Below, one piece after another: positions 28,601 to 37,475 of a DNA stretch of 64,000 bases (position 1 is the first letter of the stretch; each line of letters begins with the position of its first letter). The DNA lies in the IMG/VR virus record IMGVR_UViG_3300032167_005013; one strand, given 5' to 3'. The translations under genes were made by a program, and so were the position numbers. The notes under the pieces were generated by a model. That model had not been told where the DNA came from. It did no database searches and saw only the letters and a program-made list of their open reading frames with translations. Source of the DNA: a virus. Lineage: Duplodnaviria > Heunggongvirae > Uroviricota > Caudoviricetes.

Positions 28601-29355
28601 TACTCATCAAAATTTTCAAAATTCGTACCATATTGGAACGTGTCCCATTCTCTCCCAAAAACACTGAAAAGTCCATTGTCTTTAATCAGGAGTTCAATGA
28701 TTTGACCCTCATCAGCCCAAACATCATAAGCCGAACACCAACCCATTTGGTCTTCAGTTGCACGATATGTCTGACTGAAAATTTCATAAAGACGCATTTC
28801 TTTATTCACTGATTTAGCGTAAGACAGGGCATCAGCAATACATTCACTATTCTGTGGCAACCCAACGTGAGGCCTCCATCCGAAATCATATTTATTTAGT
28901 TCCCTCATCAACGCCCAAAATGAAAAATCGTCACGCACATTCACTGTCATCTCATGACCATAAGCATTATTATAAGGGAAAACCCATTTTTCTATGAACC
29001 CCTCACAATATAAAGGACTGATATCATTATTAGTACTATATAAATCGCCATATACAAGGTCCTTAGGAAGACTTACTATGAATGCGTCTCCCGGGGTCTT
29101 AACAGTTACAACCCACCCATGAAAATTGTCTCGACAAATTACAGTAATACCATTATTAAGTCTAAACATATATACGGGAAGTAAGCAACTCTTGCTCATA
29201 TGTGATGATACGACAAAACAAGGAGTTTTCAAGAGATTAGTACATATACTATCCCTAACAAAACATTCCTGTTTCTCTGCAGATTTCTTCCAAAGAAGGG
29301 TATCATCAAGGTCAAAACTTCTCTGTCTGTTTAAAATCAATTCATTAATTCTCAT
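28600..29355 (-). CDS. hypothetical protein
   Basis: 251-aa ORF preceded by the repeated promoter block at 29371-29406. Confidence 0.45.
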   Translation of the reverse strand: MRINELILNRQRSFDLDDTLLWKKSAEKQECFVRDSICTNLLKTPCFVVSSHMSKSCLLPVYMFRLNNGITVICRDNFHGWVVTVKTPGDAFIVSLPKDLVYGDLYSTNNDISPLYCEGFIEKWVFPYNNAYGHEMTVNVRDDFSFWALMRELNKYDFGWRPHVGLPQNSECIADALSYAKSVNKEMRLYEIFSQTYRATEDQMGWCSAYDVWADEGQIIELLIKDNGLFSVFGREWDTFQYGTNFENFDE

Positions 29356-29409
29356 AAAGTTTTTATTTAAAAGTTTTCTTATCTTACTGCAAATACCGTG
29401 CCAAAGTAA

Positions 29410-29613
29410 TTAGTCCCCAAAAATATTTTCACCTTTGTCAAACTTTCTTTGCTTATCAGCAACATCTTCCCTAAAATCATCCCATTCGAATAATGTAGGA
29501 ATATCCAAATTATCAGGAAACCAATCCATCCAAGAAAAAGGATTTCCATTAATTATCCACAATGGTCCTCCAAGAACAATTGTTGTAAAAAAGATAAAAA
29601 TACCCAAAATCAT
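29410..29613 (-). CDS. small membrane protein (MILGIFIFFTTIVLGG...), immediately downstream of the IS element's right end
   Basis: hydrophobic N-terminus; the ORF-track start at 29643 would lie inside the IS end, so the ATG at 29611-29613 is preferred. Confidence 0.35.
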   Translation of the reverse strand: MILGIFIFFTTIVLGGPLWIINGNPFSWMDWFPDNLDIPTLFEWDDFREDVADKQRKFDKGENIFGD

Positions 29614-29830
29614 GGTTATTCCATTGCAGTCAACTACACCCACCTAAAGGAGGGTGCTTGACACTGCCTCGTTAGAGGCATGTCGATTGGGAGGTTGACT
29701 GCTCCCTGCCTGTAAGGATAACCAATTGACCTTCAATTGGTAAAAAACTCGATACAGGGTGGTTGGACCTTTGTCCGATATTAATCGCAGCATTCCAATC
29801 TGAGTCAAAGACAACTCCGTCAACGCAGAT
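29600..29830 (-). ncRNA. candidate omega RNA (right-end RNA) overlapping the tnpB 3' end and extending past the IS right end
   Basis: GC-rich structured segment 29641-29720 (hairpin gacatgcctc-taac-gaggcagtgtc) in an otherwise AT-rich genome; position matches known TnpB omega RNAs; not verified. Confidence 0.3.
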
Positions 29831-30995
29831 ATATCTGCGACCACGGCGCTCTCCATCACGATTATTGGTGCGACAATCCATCTGACTTGTATACATCGGA
29901 GAAACTGTTTCCACCTGCTTGCCCGCAAGTGGTGCCTTGTAAGTCAATATACGTTTAAATTCATAAAATGGAATCTGAGATAAAGCATTGTTATGCTTCG
30001 CTCTCTTGTACCCCTCACTGGTACGTGAAGTTTTCTTTTTAATCTTTGTGAGGTCTTCCATCACAATGATGGAAGCATTTGTACTATTAATGAGTACTTT
30101 ACTTGCACGATAACACATGTCCTTAGAGAGGTTGCGTTCCTTGTTGCGAACTTTCTTAAGGTGGCGCTTTGCTGATTTGGTACCTTTCTCTTGTAGTTTA
30201 CGCTTAAGATAACGGATGTCCCTACGCTTCTTAAGATATGTTGTATCTTTAAATGCCTTACCCTCTGAGGTAACAAATATCATTCTTGCACCGAGGTCAA
30301 CACCTATGCACTCCTCAGAATGTAATGGTTTTTCAGGTACTTCGAAGGGTACTGAAAGGAAGAAATTCCCGTTTCTATAGAATATTGTAGGGTCATATGC
30401 CTTATAAGTACTAAGCATTTCTTTTGCCTTAGGATAGACATTAAAAGGTACGAAAGTACGTTTGTTTTTCTGTGCCCCAGTAATGGTTATTCCTTCAGAT
30501 GTAAGCACTCCGTAGAGGCGTTTATCGAGGGTCATTGTTAATGATTTTCTCTGTGGTACTTCAGCGTTCTTATGTTTGTTTGCTTTAATTGATTTCAAAG
30601 CAGACGCTGCTGCTTGTTCGCACTTGATTACCATCTGTGAAGATAAAGCAGGAAACTCTGTCCTAATTACGTTATAACACGCCTCGTGTACTTTTTTAAG
30701 TGACAGTGTTATTTTGTTATCATGTAGAATACGTGTACACCTATTGTACGCATCTCTTGCACATACAAGAAGATTGTACCAATGCGTTGCATTGGTATCA
30801 TCCATTATTAGAGGTATGTTATAGGTTTGTACAATCATAGCATTCACGTATGTGATTTCTATATATAAATATTATAATAAATTAAAAAGTTTTATTTTTT
30901 TTTAAAAGTTATATATTTACATTAAGAAAATAATGTTTAACCAAAAAGGGTTTAATCGTAGTTCCTCTCCACCCTAAAGGATGGAGTTTCCCTAC
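29620..30995 (-). mobile_element. IS200/IS605-family element carrying only tnpB (IS1341-like), about 1.35 kb
   Basis: TnpB ORF; related subterminal hairpins at the left end (ctccaccctaaaggatggag, 30968-30987) and right end (cacctaaaggagggtg, 29641-29656); 10-bp inverted repeats 29625-29635 / 29693-29702 bracket the right end; boundaries approximate. Confidence 0.5.
29672..30838 (-). CDS. tnpB: TnpB (OrfB), an RNA-guided nuclease of the IS200/IS605 family
   Basis: RuvC-I GVDLGARMIF; C-terminal zinc-ribbon / RuvC-III region RYICVDGVVFDSDWNAAINIGQR (compare the canonical HADxNAAxNI); N-terminal YNIPL...YN; GTG at 30847 or ATG at 30838. Confidence 0.7.
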   Translation of the reverse strand: MIVQTYNIPLIMDDTNATHWYNLLVCARDAYNRCTRILHDNKITLSLKKVHEACYNVIRTEFPALSSQMVIKCEQAAASALKSIKANKHKNAEVPQRKSLTMTLDKRLYGVLTSEGITITGAQKNKRTFVPFNVYPKAKEMLSTYKAYDPTIFYRNGNFFLSVPFEVPEKPLHSEECIGVDLGARMIFVTSEGKAFKDTTYLKKRRDIRYLKRKLQEKGTKSAKRHLKKVRNKERNLSKDMCYRASKVLINSTNASIIVMEDLTKIKKKTSRTSEGYKRAKHNNALSQIPFYEFKRILTYKAPLAGKQVETVSPMYTSQMDCRTNNRDGERRGRRYICVDGVVFDSDWNAAINIGQRSNHPVSSFLPIEGQLVILTGREQSTSQSTCL

Positions 30996-31100
30996 GATAA
31001 ATTTATATGAAAAAATAAGGAATTAACCAAAGTCTCAAACCGATTAATTTCAAATGTGTTTTAGTACGTTCTGTCATAAAATCATAATTTAACATTCTCA

Positions 31101-31135
31101 GGGCAAATATACAAAAACCATGCCAAACCTAAAAA
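31101..31135 (-). promoter_or_regulatory. orphan sigma-A-type promoter (TTTGGCATGG...GTATATTTGC) now about 250 nt upstream of tnpB, separated from any phage gene by the IS
   Basis: same motif family as the promoters at 811, 3206 and 29376. Confidence 0.4.
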
Positions 31136-31159
31136 AATTCTTTTTTTTGCTACTTATAT

Positions 31160-31197
31160 AAAAAACGGGACCTGTCGTGAGACACATCCCGTTTACT
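31160..31197. repeat. second copy of the 36-nt hairpin element aaaaaacgggacctgtcgtgagacacatcccgttt (first copy at 15608-15646)
   Basis: exact repeat; this copy has no downstream T-run on either strand. Confidence 0.7.
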
Positions 31198-31213
31198 TCT
31201 ATTATATCAACAT

Positions 31214-32773
31214 TTAGTCGTGAAGAATCTGTTTACCCGTTGCTTCAACCTCAACATGTCCACCCTTAAGCGAAACATTTCTATCGGTCTTAGCATTAAT
31301 TGTGTGGGACTCAAGAATCTTAGAAAGGTCCACGCCTGTCGCATTGGAAACCGTATCAAATGTCTGTTTGATGACCATTGGGACATTTGCTGATACGCCT
31401 GAGACACCATTATTATCACCGCCACCATAAATGGTAACATTATCAATTGACTTGATTGGTTCAGCAACGTTCTTGGCCATGTCAGGAAGAATACCAACAA
31501 GCATTTCAACAATTGCAGCATCATTATACTTCTGATAAGCGTCGGCTTTCTTGTTCATTGCTTCAGCCTCAGCCTCACCCTTCTTAAGAATTGCATAAGC
31601 CTCAGCTTCACCCTTAGCCTTGATACCGAGAGCCTCCTGTTCCATCTTAAACTTAAGTGCCTCAGCCTCCGCTCTCATAGCCTTTGCCCTCTGCTCAGCC
31701 TCATATGTCTCTGCTTCAGCCTTTCTCTTGCGCTGTTCAAGTTCTGCTGCAGCCGCAACTTCCTTATGATACTTATCAGCATCAGCCTTCTTATTTACTT
31801 CCGCCTCAAGAGTCTTCTGCATGATGGCAATTTCCTGAGCCTTCAATTCCTGTGTCTTGGCAGCCTTTTCAACCTCCGCCTCAACCTGCTTTGCATTGAT
31901 TTCCTTGCGTCTTTCAGCCTCAATAAGAGCCTCGGCAGCATGTGCCTCAACGGTCTTCACCTTAATGGTCTTTGCCTGTTCCTGCTTCTGAATTTCATAT
32001 GCAGCATCAGCCTCAGCACGTTTGATGTCTTCCGAAATCTTAAGTTCTGACTTCTTGATTGCAAGCTCATTGTTTTTCTCAGCAATCTTCGTCTCCGACG
32101 CAACACGTGCATCATTTGATTCCTGAAGAGCCTGAGCCTCTGCTACCTTCACATCCTTTGTGGCCTGTGCCTTATTAATGGCAGCCTCCTTAGTAATCTT
32201 GCATGTATTATCAGCACCGAGAGCCTCAATAAGCCCCTCACGGTCAGTTACTGACTGAATATTACATGAAAGAATTTCAATACCCAGGCGTTCCATATCA
32301 ACAGCAGCCTTCTTCTGAATCTGATTAGAGAAACCATCACGGTCTGTGTTAAGGGCGCGTAAGTCGAGTGTTCCAACAATCTCACGCATATTACCCTGAA
32401 GAACATCCTTCACCTGATGAGATATCATCTCAGGAGACATATTAAGAAAGTTCGCACTTGCAAGCCTAATCCCATCTTCAGTTGGCATAATTCTAACCTT
32501 TGCCACAGCATCCACATCTACATTGATGAAGTCTGAGGTTGGGACAGGGGTTGTTGTCTTTACATCAACTGTAATCTGTCCGGTATAAACCTTATCAAGT
32601 TTCTGAAAGAACGGAATCCTAAATCCACCTGAACCAATAAGAATTTTAGGCTTTTTAGTAAGTCCTGATATAATATAAGCAATCTGTGGCGATGTCTTAA
32701 CATAAGACGCAAAAATAAAAAGGACAAGGAATGCCACAATTCCAATGACCACATAAGTAAGTGTACTTGACAT
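31214..32773 (-). CDS. flotillin-like SPFH/band-7 membrane protein
   Basis: N-terminal transmembrane helix, SPFH-like region, then a long Ala/Glu/Lys-rich coiled coil typical of FloT/YuaG flotillins; 519 aa. Confidence 0.6.
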   Translation of the reverse strand: MSSTLTYVVIGIVAFLVLFIFASYVKTSPQIAYIISGLTKKPKILIGSGGFRIPFFQKLDKVYTGQITVDVKTTTPVPTSDFINVDVDAVAKVRIMPTEDGIRLASANFLNMSPEMISHQVKDVLQGNMREIVGTLDLRALNTDRDGFSNQIQKKAAVDMERLGIEILSCNIQSVTDREGLIEALGADNTCKITKEAAINKAQATKDVKVAEAQALQESNDARVASETKIAEKNNELAIKKSELKISEDIKRAEADAAYEIQKQEQAKTIKVKTVEAHAAEALIEAERRKEINAKQVEAEVEKAAKTQELKAQEIAIMQKTLEAEVNKKADADKYHKEVAAAAELEQRKRKAEAETYEAEQRAKAMRAEAEALKFKMEQEALGIKAKGEAEAYAILKKGEAEAEAMNKKADAYQKYNDAAIVEMLVGILPDMAKNVAEPIKSIDNVTIYGGGDNNGVSGVSANVPMVIKQTFDTVSNATGVDLSKILESHTINAKTDRNVSLKGGHVEVEATGKQILHD

Positions 32774-32792
32774 ATATTTAAAAAATTAAAAA

Positions 32793-33173
32793 TTATTTCC
32801 TATTTTTCTTTTCATTCCTAAGTTCAACAACAGTCATAACTGCGTAATTAGCAAGGTCAAGAAGAGTATCTTCAACGGATTCGTCCTTTACCTGAATCTG
32901 TCCTTTCTCATAAATGTTTTCAAGACGTTCCATCTTATCCGACAGCCTTAACAAGGCTGTAAGAAAACCCCATTTCTTAAATCTCTTATGGAAATTATTT
33001 CCATAATCGGCATTCTTTTTAGCATGAACAACGTCCATTTCATGCAGAACATCATTAAAGTAATCAACATATTCATCAGAAGCAGTTTCTTCTACAGGCA
33101 ATTCAACGTAATCACTTCCATAATCTTTTGCAAGATTATCACCACTAAGTGTAAAACAATCGTAATTCTCCAT
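32793..33173 (-). CDS. hypothetical protein, possibly an all-alpha NTP pyrophosphohydrolase (MazG/DUF1599-like)
   Basis: HAKKNADYG and EDTLLDLANYAVMTVVEL; start moved to ATG 33171-33173, which has a TATCTTTGC -7 box upstream. Confidence 0.3.
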   Translation of the reverse strand: MENYDCFTLSGDNLAKDYGSDYVELPVEETASDEYVDYFNDVLHEMDVVHAKKNADYGNNFHKRFKKWGFLTALLRLSDKMERLENIYEKGQIQVKDESVEDTLLDLANYAVMTVVELRNEKKNRK

Positions 33174-33362
33174 TTCTTTTTTTTTTCGCAAAGATAGAAA
33201 CTTTTTAGTAGAAAACAAAAAAACTCCAACGTTTCTTGCGCAGGGAACCGTTGGAGAGAAAAATGATATAGTGTGGTTAGAAACCGATGTGGCGGTTATT
33301 TGACGATAAATATCGTTCAAAATAAAAAAATCGCACTATTTATTATAAAAATTGAATTTATC

Positions 33363-33506
33363 ATGGCATGTGCTTGTAAAAATAGTAAAAAAAATGTACA
33401 ACCGGTAAAACAGGTTCAGAAAACCGTTAATAAACCAATTTCCCCAAGAACATCTCAAAAAGTAACAAAAACTGGAAAAAGAGTCATCATACGTCGCCCC
33501 ATTTAA
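33363..33506 (+). CDS. small basic protein (MACACKNSKKNVQPVKQ...RRPI)
   Basis: 47-aa ORF on the plus strand inside a minus-strand block, preceded by the acgataaatatcgt palindrome. Confidence 0.25.
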   Translation: MACACKNSKKNVQPVKQVQKTVNKPISPRTSQKVTKTGKRVIIRRPI

Positions 33507-33931
33507 ACGTATTTTTCAAGCCACCTGAATTTAACTGAAGGTCTCCACTGTCGCCATGTTGTGTTAGCAAGATTATATCCAATAAGGACCTTTCCAACGC
33601 ATTTCATCTTCACAGGAGCCTTTACCCAAACTTCTCTTGTGAACTCAGCATCCCATACCTGTTTTTCAGTTGGGATAACTATTTTATCATCAGGGACCGA
33701 TTCAATATTCTCAGGAACATGAACATACATCTCTTCGTATGCCCCATCAAAATTAATACCGAGGAATGCACCTGAAATGGTTTTAGAAAAGCATATTCGT
33801 TTTGTCTTTTTATCCTCAAGTTGTTCACATTCATAATCGCCTATAATGATATTATCAGGCACTCTTGGTTTAAATACTTCACCGTCATGATTTGCATGGC
33901 TAAGGTGATATAGTTTATTAATTTTTCTCAT
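33503..33931 (-). CDS. hypothetical protein
   Basis: 142-aa ORF. Confidence 0.4.
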   Translation of the reverse strand: MRKINKLYHLSHANHDGEVFKPRVPDNIIIGDYECEQLEDKKTKRICFSKTISGAFLGINFDGAYEEMYVHVPENIESVPDDKIVIPTEKQVWDAEFTREVWVKAPVKMKCVGKVLIGYNLANTTWRQWRPSVKFRWLEKYV

Positions 33932-34289
33932 GACAATTTTCTATAAAATTTTTCAATTCTGCTTTCTTCAATAAAAAACACTTTATTGGTATTCTTTCCA
34001 ACTAAAGTCAACTCTTTATCATTAATTTCAACCAATTCAAAAACATCGTCAGAGTAGCCTTTGGCTAAATAACAATCCCCTACTTTATGTTCAATCCCCA
34101 TATTTTATATGTTTGGTTTTAAATGGCAAAAATCCAAAATAGCAATCTTTGCATAACAATGTATGCAACCACATAATAGGATTCCAATAGAATATATAGA
34201 GAAGTCCCGTTTTCGAACTTCTCCAATATATCCCTCGTTTATCAACATGGTCATAAACCATTGGTTCAAAGTGAAATCTACCCATATTT

Positions 34290-34979
34290 CTACTTCTTTC
34301 TGATTACTGAATCAATAAGGCCAAATTCAACAGCCTCATCCGCAGTATACCACCTATCCAACTTACAAAGTTCTGCAATTTCGTCAATAGGCCTGTTTGT
34401 ATTTTCCGCAAGAATCTGATAAAGAGTATTCTTACACTTCTCCATCTGTTCATACTCAACACGAAGGTCCTCAGCTTTAATCCTTCCAATCCCGGTTGAT
34501 GGCTGATGAATCATAACCTCTGAATGTGGGAGTGAATATCTTTTTCCTGACGCCCCCGAAGACAAAAGAACTGCAGCCATTGATGCACATGTTCCCATGC
34601 AATAAGTTGAAACATCAGGTGTTACAAAATTCATGATATCATATAACATCAAGCCACTTGCGACACTTCCCCCAGGGGAATTAATATATAGTTTAATATC
34701 TTCGGTTTCATCCACAGAGTTAAGGAACATCAACTGTGAAGCAAGGATATTAGCACTATCAGAAGTAACCTCAGTTCCAAGGAAAAGAATACGGTCCTTA
34801 AACAGACGGCTAAATACAGACATCTGCGTTACATTCATCTCACGTTCCTCAAGAATGTATGGCTCCACGTATCCACCATTGGTTCTCTGAAGATACTTAT
34901 CATATTCATTCAACTTATTACTACCAATACCATACTCTGAACGAGCAAAAAGTTCATAATCTTTTCTAAATTTATCCAT
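34290..34979 (-). CDS. clpP: ClpP-family serine peptidase (S14)
   Basis: TCASMAAVLL (Ser), VMIHQPS (His), EAVEFGLIDSV (Asp region); ATG start. Confidence 0.7.
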   Translation of the reverse strand: MDKFRKDYELFARSEYGIGSNKLNEYDKYLQRTNGGYVEPYILEEREMNVTQMSVFSRLFKDRILFLGTEVTSDSANILASQLMFLNSVDETEDIKLYINSPGGSVASGLMLYDIMNFVTPDVSTYCMGTCASMAAVLLSSGASGKRYSLPHSEVMIHQPSTGIGRIKAEDLRVEYEQMEKCKNTLYQILAENTNRPIDEIAELCKLDRWYTADEAVEFGLIDSVIRKK

Positions 34980-34990
34980 ATTTTTTTTTA

Positions 34991-35827
34991 TTAAATGTTA
35001 ATCAATATCTCTTTATCTTCCTCAATATCAGTTTCTGATTCGATTATGAACTTATAAAAACCATAATCTTCATTTTTCACTTCAACAAGTTTATATGTGC
35101 ATTTTTCAACATCCCACACGACATATCCGTGCCCATAAATGCTTTCACCGTTATTCTGTTGAATCAATGAGCCACAGTACACAGCCTTAACACCATTCTT
35201 CTTTATCTCCTGATGTTTATGTATATGTCCTGCAATAACAAAATCAAGGCCCTCAAAAATGCTTGCATCAAGTCCATTTTCAGTCACTCTATTGGTATGA
35301 GATACCGCGCCATTAATATCAGCATGAATTACACCAACATAAGTCTTGTTTTCCCCATATTCTGACTTAGCCCATTCAATGTCAGGGCGATTGAAATCAT
35401 CAAATGATGAATAAAGACACCAAACAATGTTATCATCCACATACATTCCCGAAGTGTATTCAGTGTAAGAATCAAGATAAACCACATCTTCATTGCCTGC
35501 AATTTCTATAACAGGGGTCAATGAATCAACACGAGACTTATTGTTCATTAGAAAATCATGATTTCCACAAATCACAATTACCTTTGCCACTTTAGATAAT
35601 GAATTTAAAAACCATGATACCGCAAGATTAGCCTCATTTGATACTGTTATCTTATTTTCAAAGATATCACCGGCCACAACAATTCTTACTTCATCCCTTT
35701 CAAATCCACCATCTTCCATATCAATATGACATTTATTAATGAATTTGTTAAGCATGTCATAAGTCTCATCCATTCTTTTAAGATTGCGGATGTGAATATC
35801 CGCACAAGCAATAATTTTCTTTACCAT
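34991..35827 (-). CDS. sbcD: SbcD/Mre11-type metallophosphoesterase nuclease
   Basis: IACADIH, VVAGDIF, GNHD, GHIH; start moved to ATG 35825-35827; the TATATTTGC box directly abuts the start codon. Confidence 0.6.
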   Translation of the reverse strand: MVKKIIACADIHIRNLKRMDETYDMLNKFINKCHIDMEDGGFERDEVRIVVAGDIFENKITVSNEANLAVSWFLNSLSKVAKVIVICGNHDFLMNNKSRVDSLTPVIEIAGNEDVVYLDSYTEYTSGMYVDDNIVWCLYSSFDDFNRPDIEWAKSEYGENKTYVGVIHADINGAVSHTNRVTENGLDASIFEGLDFVIAGHIHKHQEIKKNGVKAVYCGSLIQQNNGESIYGHGYVVWDVEKCTYKLVEVKNEDYGFYKFIIESETDIEEDKEILINI

Positions 35828-35849
35828 GTTGCAAATATACAAATATTAT

Positions 35850-36851
35850 TCAAATCAGCAAATCAATTTCATCAAATTTTTTCGCAGATTTAATTGTTTC
35901 AATAATTCCTTTTTTCCCCAAAGCCTCATATACCTCACCGAAATCTTTATATTCATTGAGTTCAATATACTTTATTCTACCTCGTAATCTCCCCACATTA
36001 AGAAGATTATATATTCTCTTCGTTTCTTCTATAGTGGTATCCGAATCAAGACATATTATAATATCAGCATTGGCTTTGGAATACAGTTTTTTATATAATT
36101 CACTATCTTTCAACAAAAATTTACCGAGCATTGAAATAGCATTATTATAATAGATACAATCAAGAGCACCTTCAACCAGAACTATATCGGCATCGAAATT
36201 AATTAAACTTTCTTGGAAGACTATTTCTTTTTTATCAGCATCGCAATTCTTGTATTTCGTTTTCTTTTCGTATCCGGAAAAATCTCGCGACACCCAATAA
36301 TTAAGGAACCCATATTCATCATAAGACGGAATTACAATCCTGTTTCTCATTGTCCATGTCTCACCATCCCATTGTGTATAGCCTATATTGAAACGGTCAA
36401 CGATATCCTGCGTTATTTGGCGTTTTTCGAGGTAATTTTTAAGTTTTTTACTCTTAAGTGATGAAATATCTATCTTGGTATAAGTTTCTGGCAATTTAAG
36501 TGTTTTTCCATTCTTATCTGTATTGCCATATATCTCATCCATATACGACGACAAGTCGTACATTTTACTCTCTCTAATGGATTTTATTTCTTCCTCATAT
36601 ATCTTGAATTTTTCTTTACCACCATATCGTCGTATTAAATACGAAAGGTTCCCCTTCCCGTCACAAGCCCAACAATGATACTTGCCAATGGCAAATGAAA
36701 CCTCAAGATTATATTTCCCATCGGGCCCACCTTTTTCCTCAGCACAATCCATTATGCAATTGAACTGATACTGTGAACACCCTTTCATGTATCCACCCTG
36801 CTTTGATTCACCTAAAATTGAAACTAAAATATTATAAATCTTCTGAAACAT
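35850..36851 (-). CDS. DnaG-like DNA primase (zinc finger plus TOPRIM)
   Basis: CWACDGKGNLSYL zinc-binding motif; TOPRIM-like VLVEGALD ... IIICLDSD; start moved to the Met after the intergenic hairpin and -7 box. Confidence 0.55.
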   Translation of the reverse strand: MFQKIYNILVSILGESKQGGYMKGCSQYQFNCIMDCAEEKGGPDGKYNLEVSFAIGKYHCWACDGKGNLSYLIRRYGGKEKFKIYEEEIKSIRESKMYDLSSYMDEIYGNTDKNGKTLKLPETYTKIDISSLKSKKLKNYLEKRQITQDIVDRFNIGYTQWDGETWTMRNRIVIPSYDEYGFLNYWVSRDFSGYEKKTKYKNCDADKKEIVFQESLINFDADIVLVEGALDCIYYNNAISMLGKFLLKDSELYKKLYSKANADIIICLDSDTTIEETKRIYNLLNVGRLRGRIKYIELNEYKDFGEVYEALGKKGIIETIKSAKKFDEIDLLI

Positions 36852-36951
36852 TTGATAAAAAATTTTTCGCAAATATAGTGATAAAATATTAAAAAAACAA
36901 AAGGAAGACCGAAGTCCTCCTTTATATTCACTTATTTTATATACTCTGCCA

Positions 36952-37461
36952 TCAATATGTGCCGCAATCAACTTCATCATAGGTCCTGATTTGGCCATTC
37001 ACAATCAGATATGATTTATAATCTCTGTTTTTAACTCTGACTGACATGCCATCTTCAAAACGTTTTGTTTTTGTTGTCTGAGAATATCCTGTATCGTCCC
37101 TCTCTACCCCAATCTCAACAATATAATATGTTGCGGAGGTTATTCCGTTGGCATCTTCACCAACGAGGTAACGGTCACCCGGATTCAACATGCTGGGTAA
37201 TGCGGACACAATATCAATAACAGGTAAAAGTTGCCCAGTTGGTTCTGTTATAAGATTATCACCGAAATACTCTCTCCAAGTGATAACTCCCGTTTCCGAA
37301 TCAACCGACTTTACTGAATATCGGGTCCAATAATCCAACATATTAGCCTTAGCCAATAAATTATACCCTTCCTCAGTACCTCTCCAAAATTTTACCATGT
37401 TTTTGTTTTCTGCCATTTTGCCCAAAAACTTACTCGTTTTTATTAATGGCCATCCCCCCAT
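36952..37461 (-). CDS. hypothetical protein, possibly structural or fibre-associated (start may instead be ATG 37413)
   Basis: 169-aa ORF whose ATG lies inside the C10/G6 hairpin. Confidence 0.35.
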   Translation of the reverse strand: MGGWPLIKTSKFLGKMAENKNMVKFWRGTEEGYNLLAKANMLDYWTRYSVKSVDSETGVITWREYFGDNLITEPTGQLLPVIDIVSALPSMLNPGDRYLVGEDANGITSATYYIVEIGVERDDTGYSQTTKTKRFEDGMSVRVKNRDYKSYLIVNGQIRTYDEVDCGTY

Positions 37462-37475
37462 AGAACTATCCTAAT

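Noticed and set aside
29644-29928. A 94-aa ORF on the minus strand overlapping the tnpB 3' end.
   Set aside because: It lies in the GC-rich, structured right-end / omega RNA region in a different frame from tnpB. Its composition is atypical, so it is most likely non-coding.
31163-31194. Second copy of the hairpin as a terminator for the flotillin gene.
   Set aside because: No U-run follows the hairpin on the minus strand (a T-run precedes it on the plus strand), so classical intrinsic termination is not supported. It is kept as a repeat element instead.
34091-34285. A 64-aa ORF, and an overlapping 58-aa ORF at 33928..34101, in the gap upstream of clpP.
   Set aside because: Both are short, Trp/Tyr/Cys-rich or overlap each other in different frames. 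Coding status cannot be supported from sequence alone.
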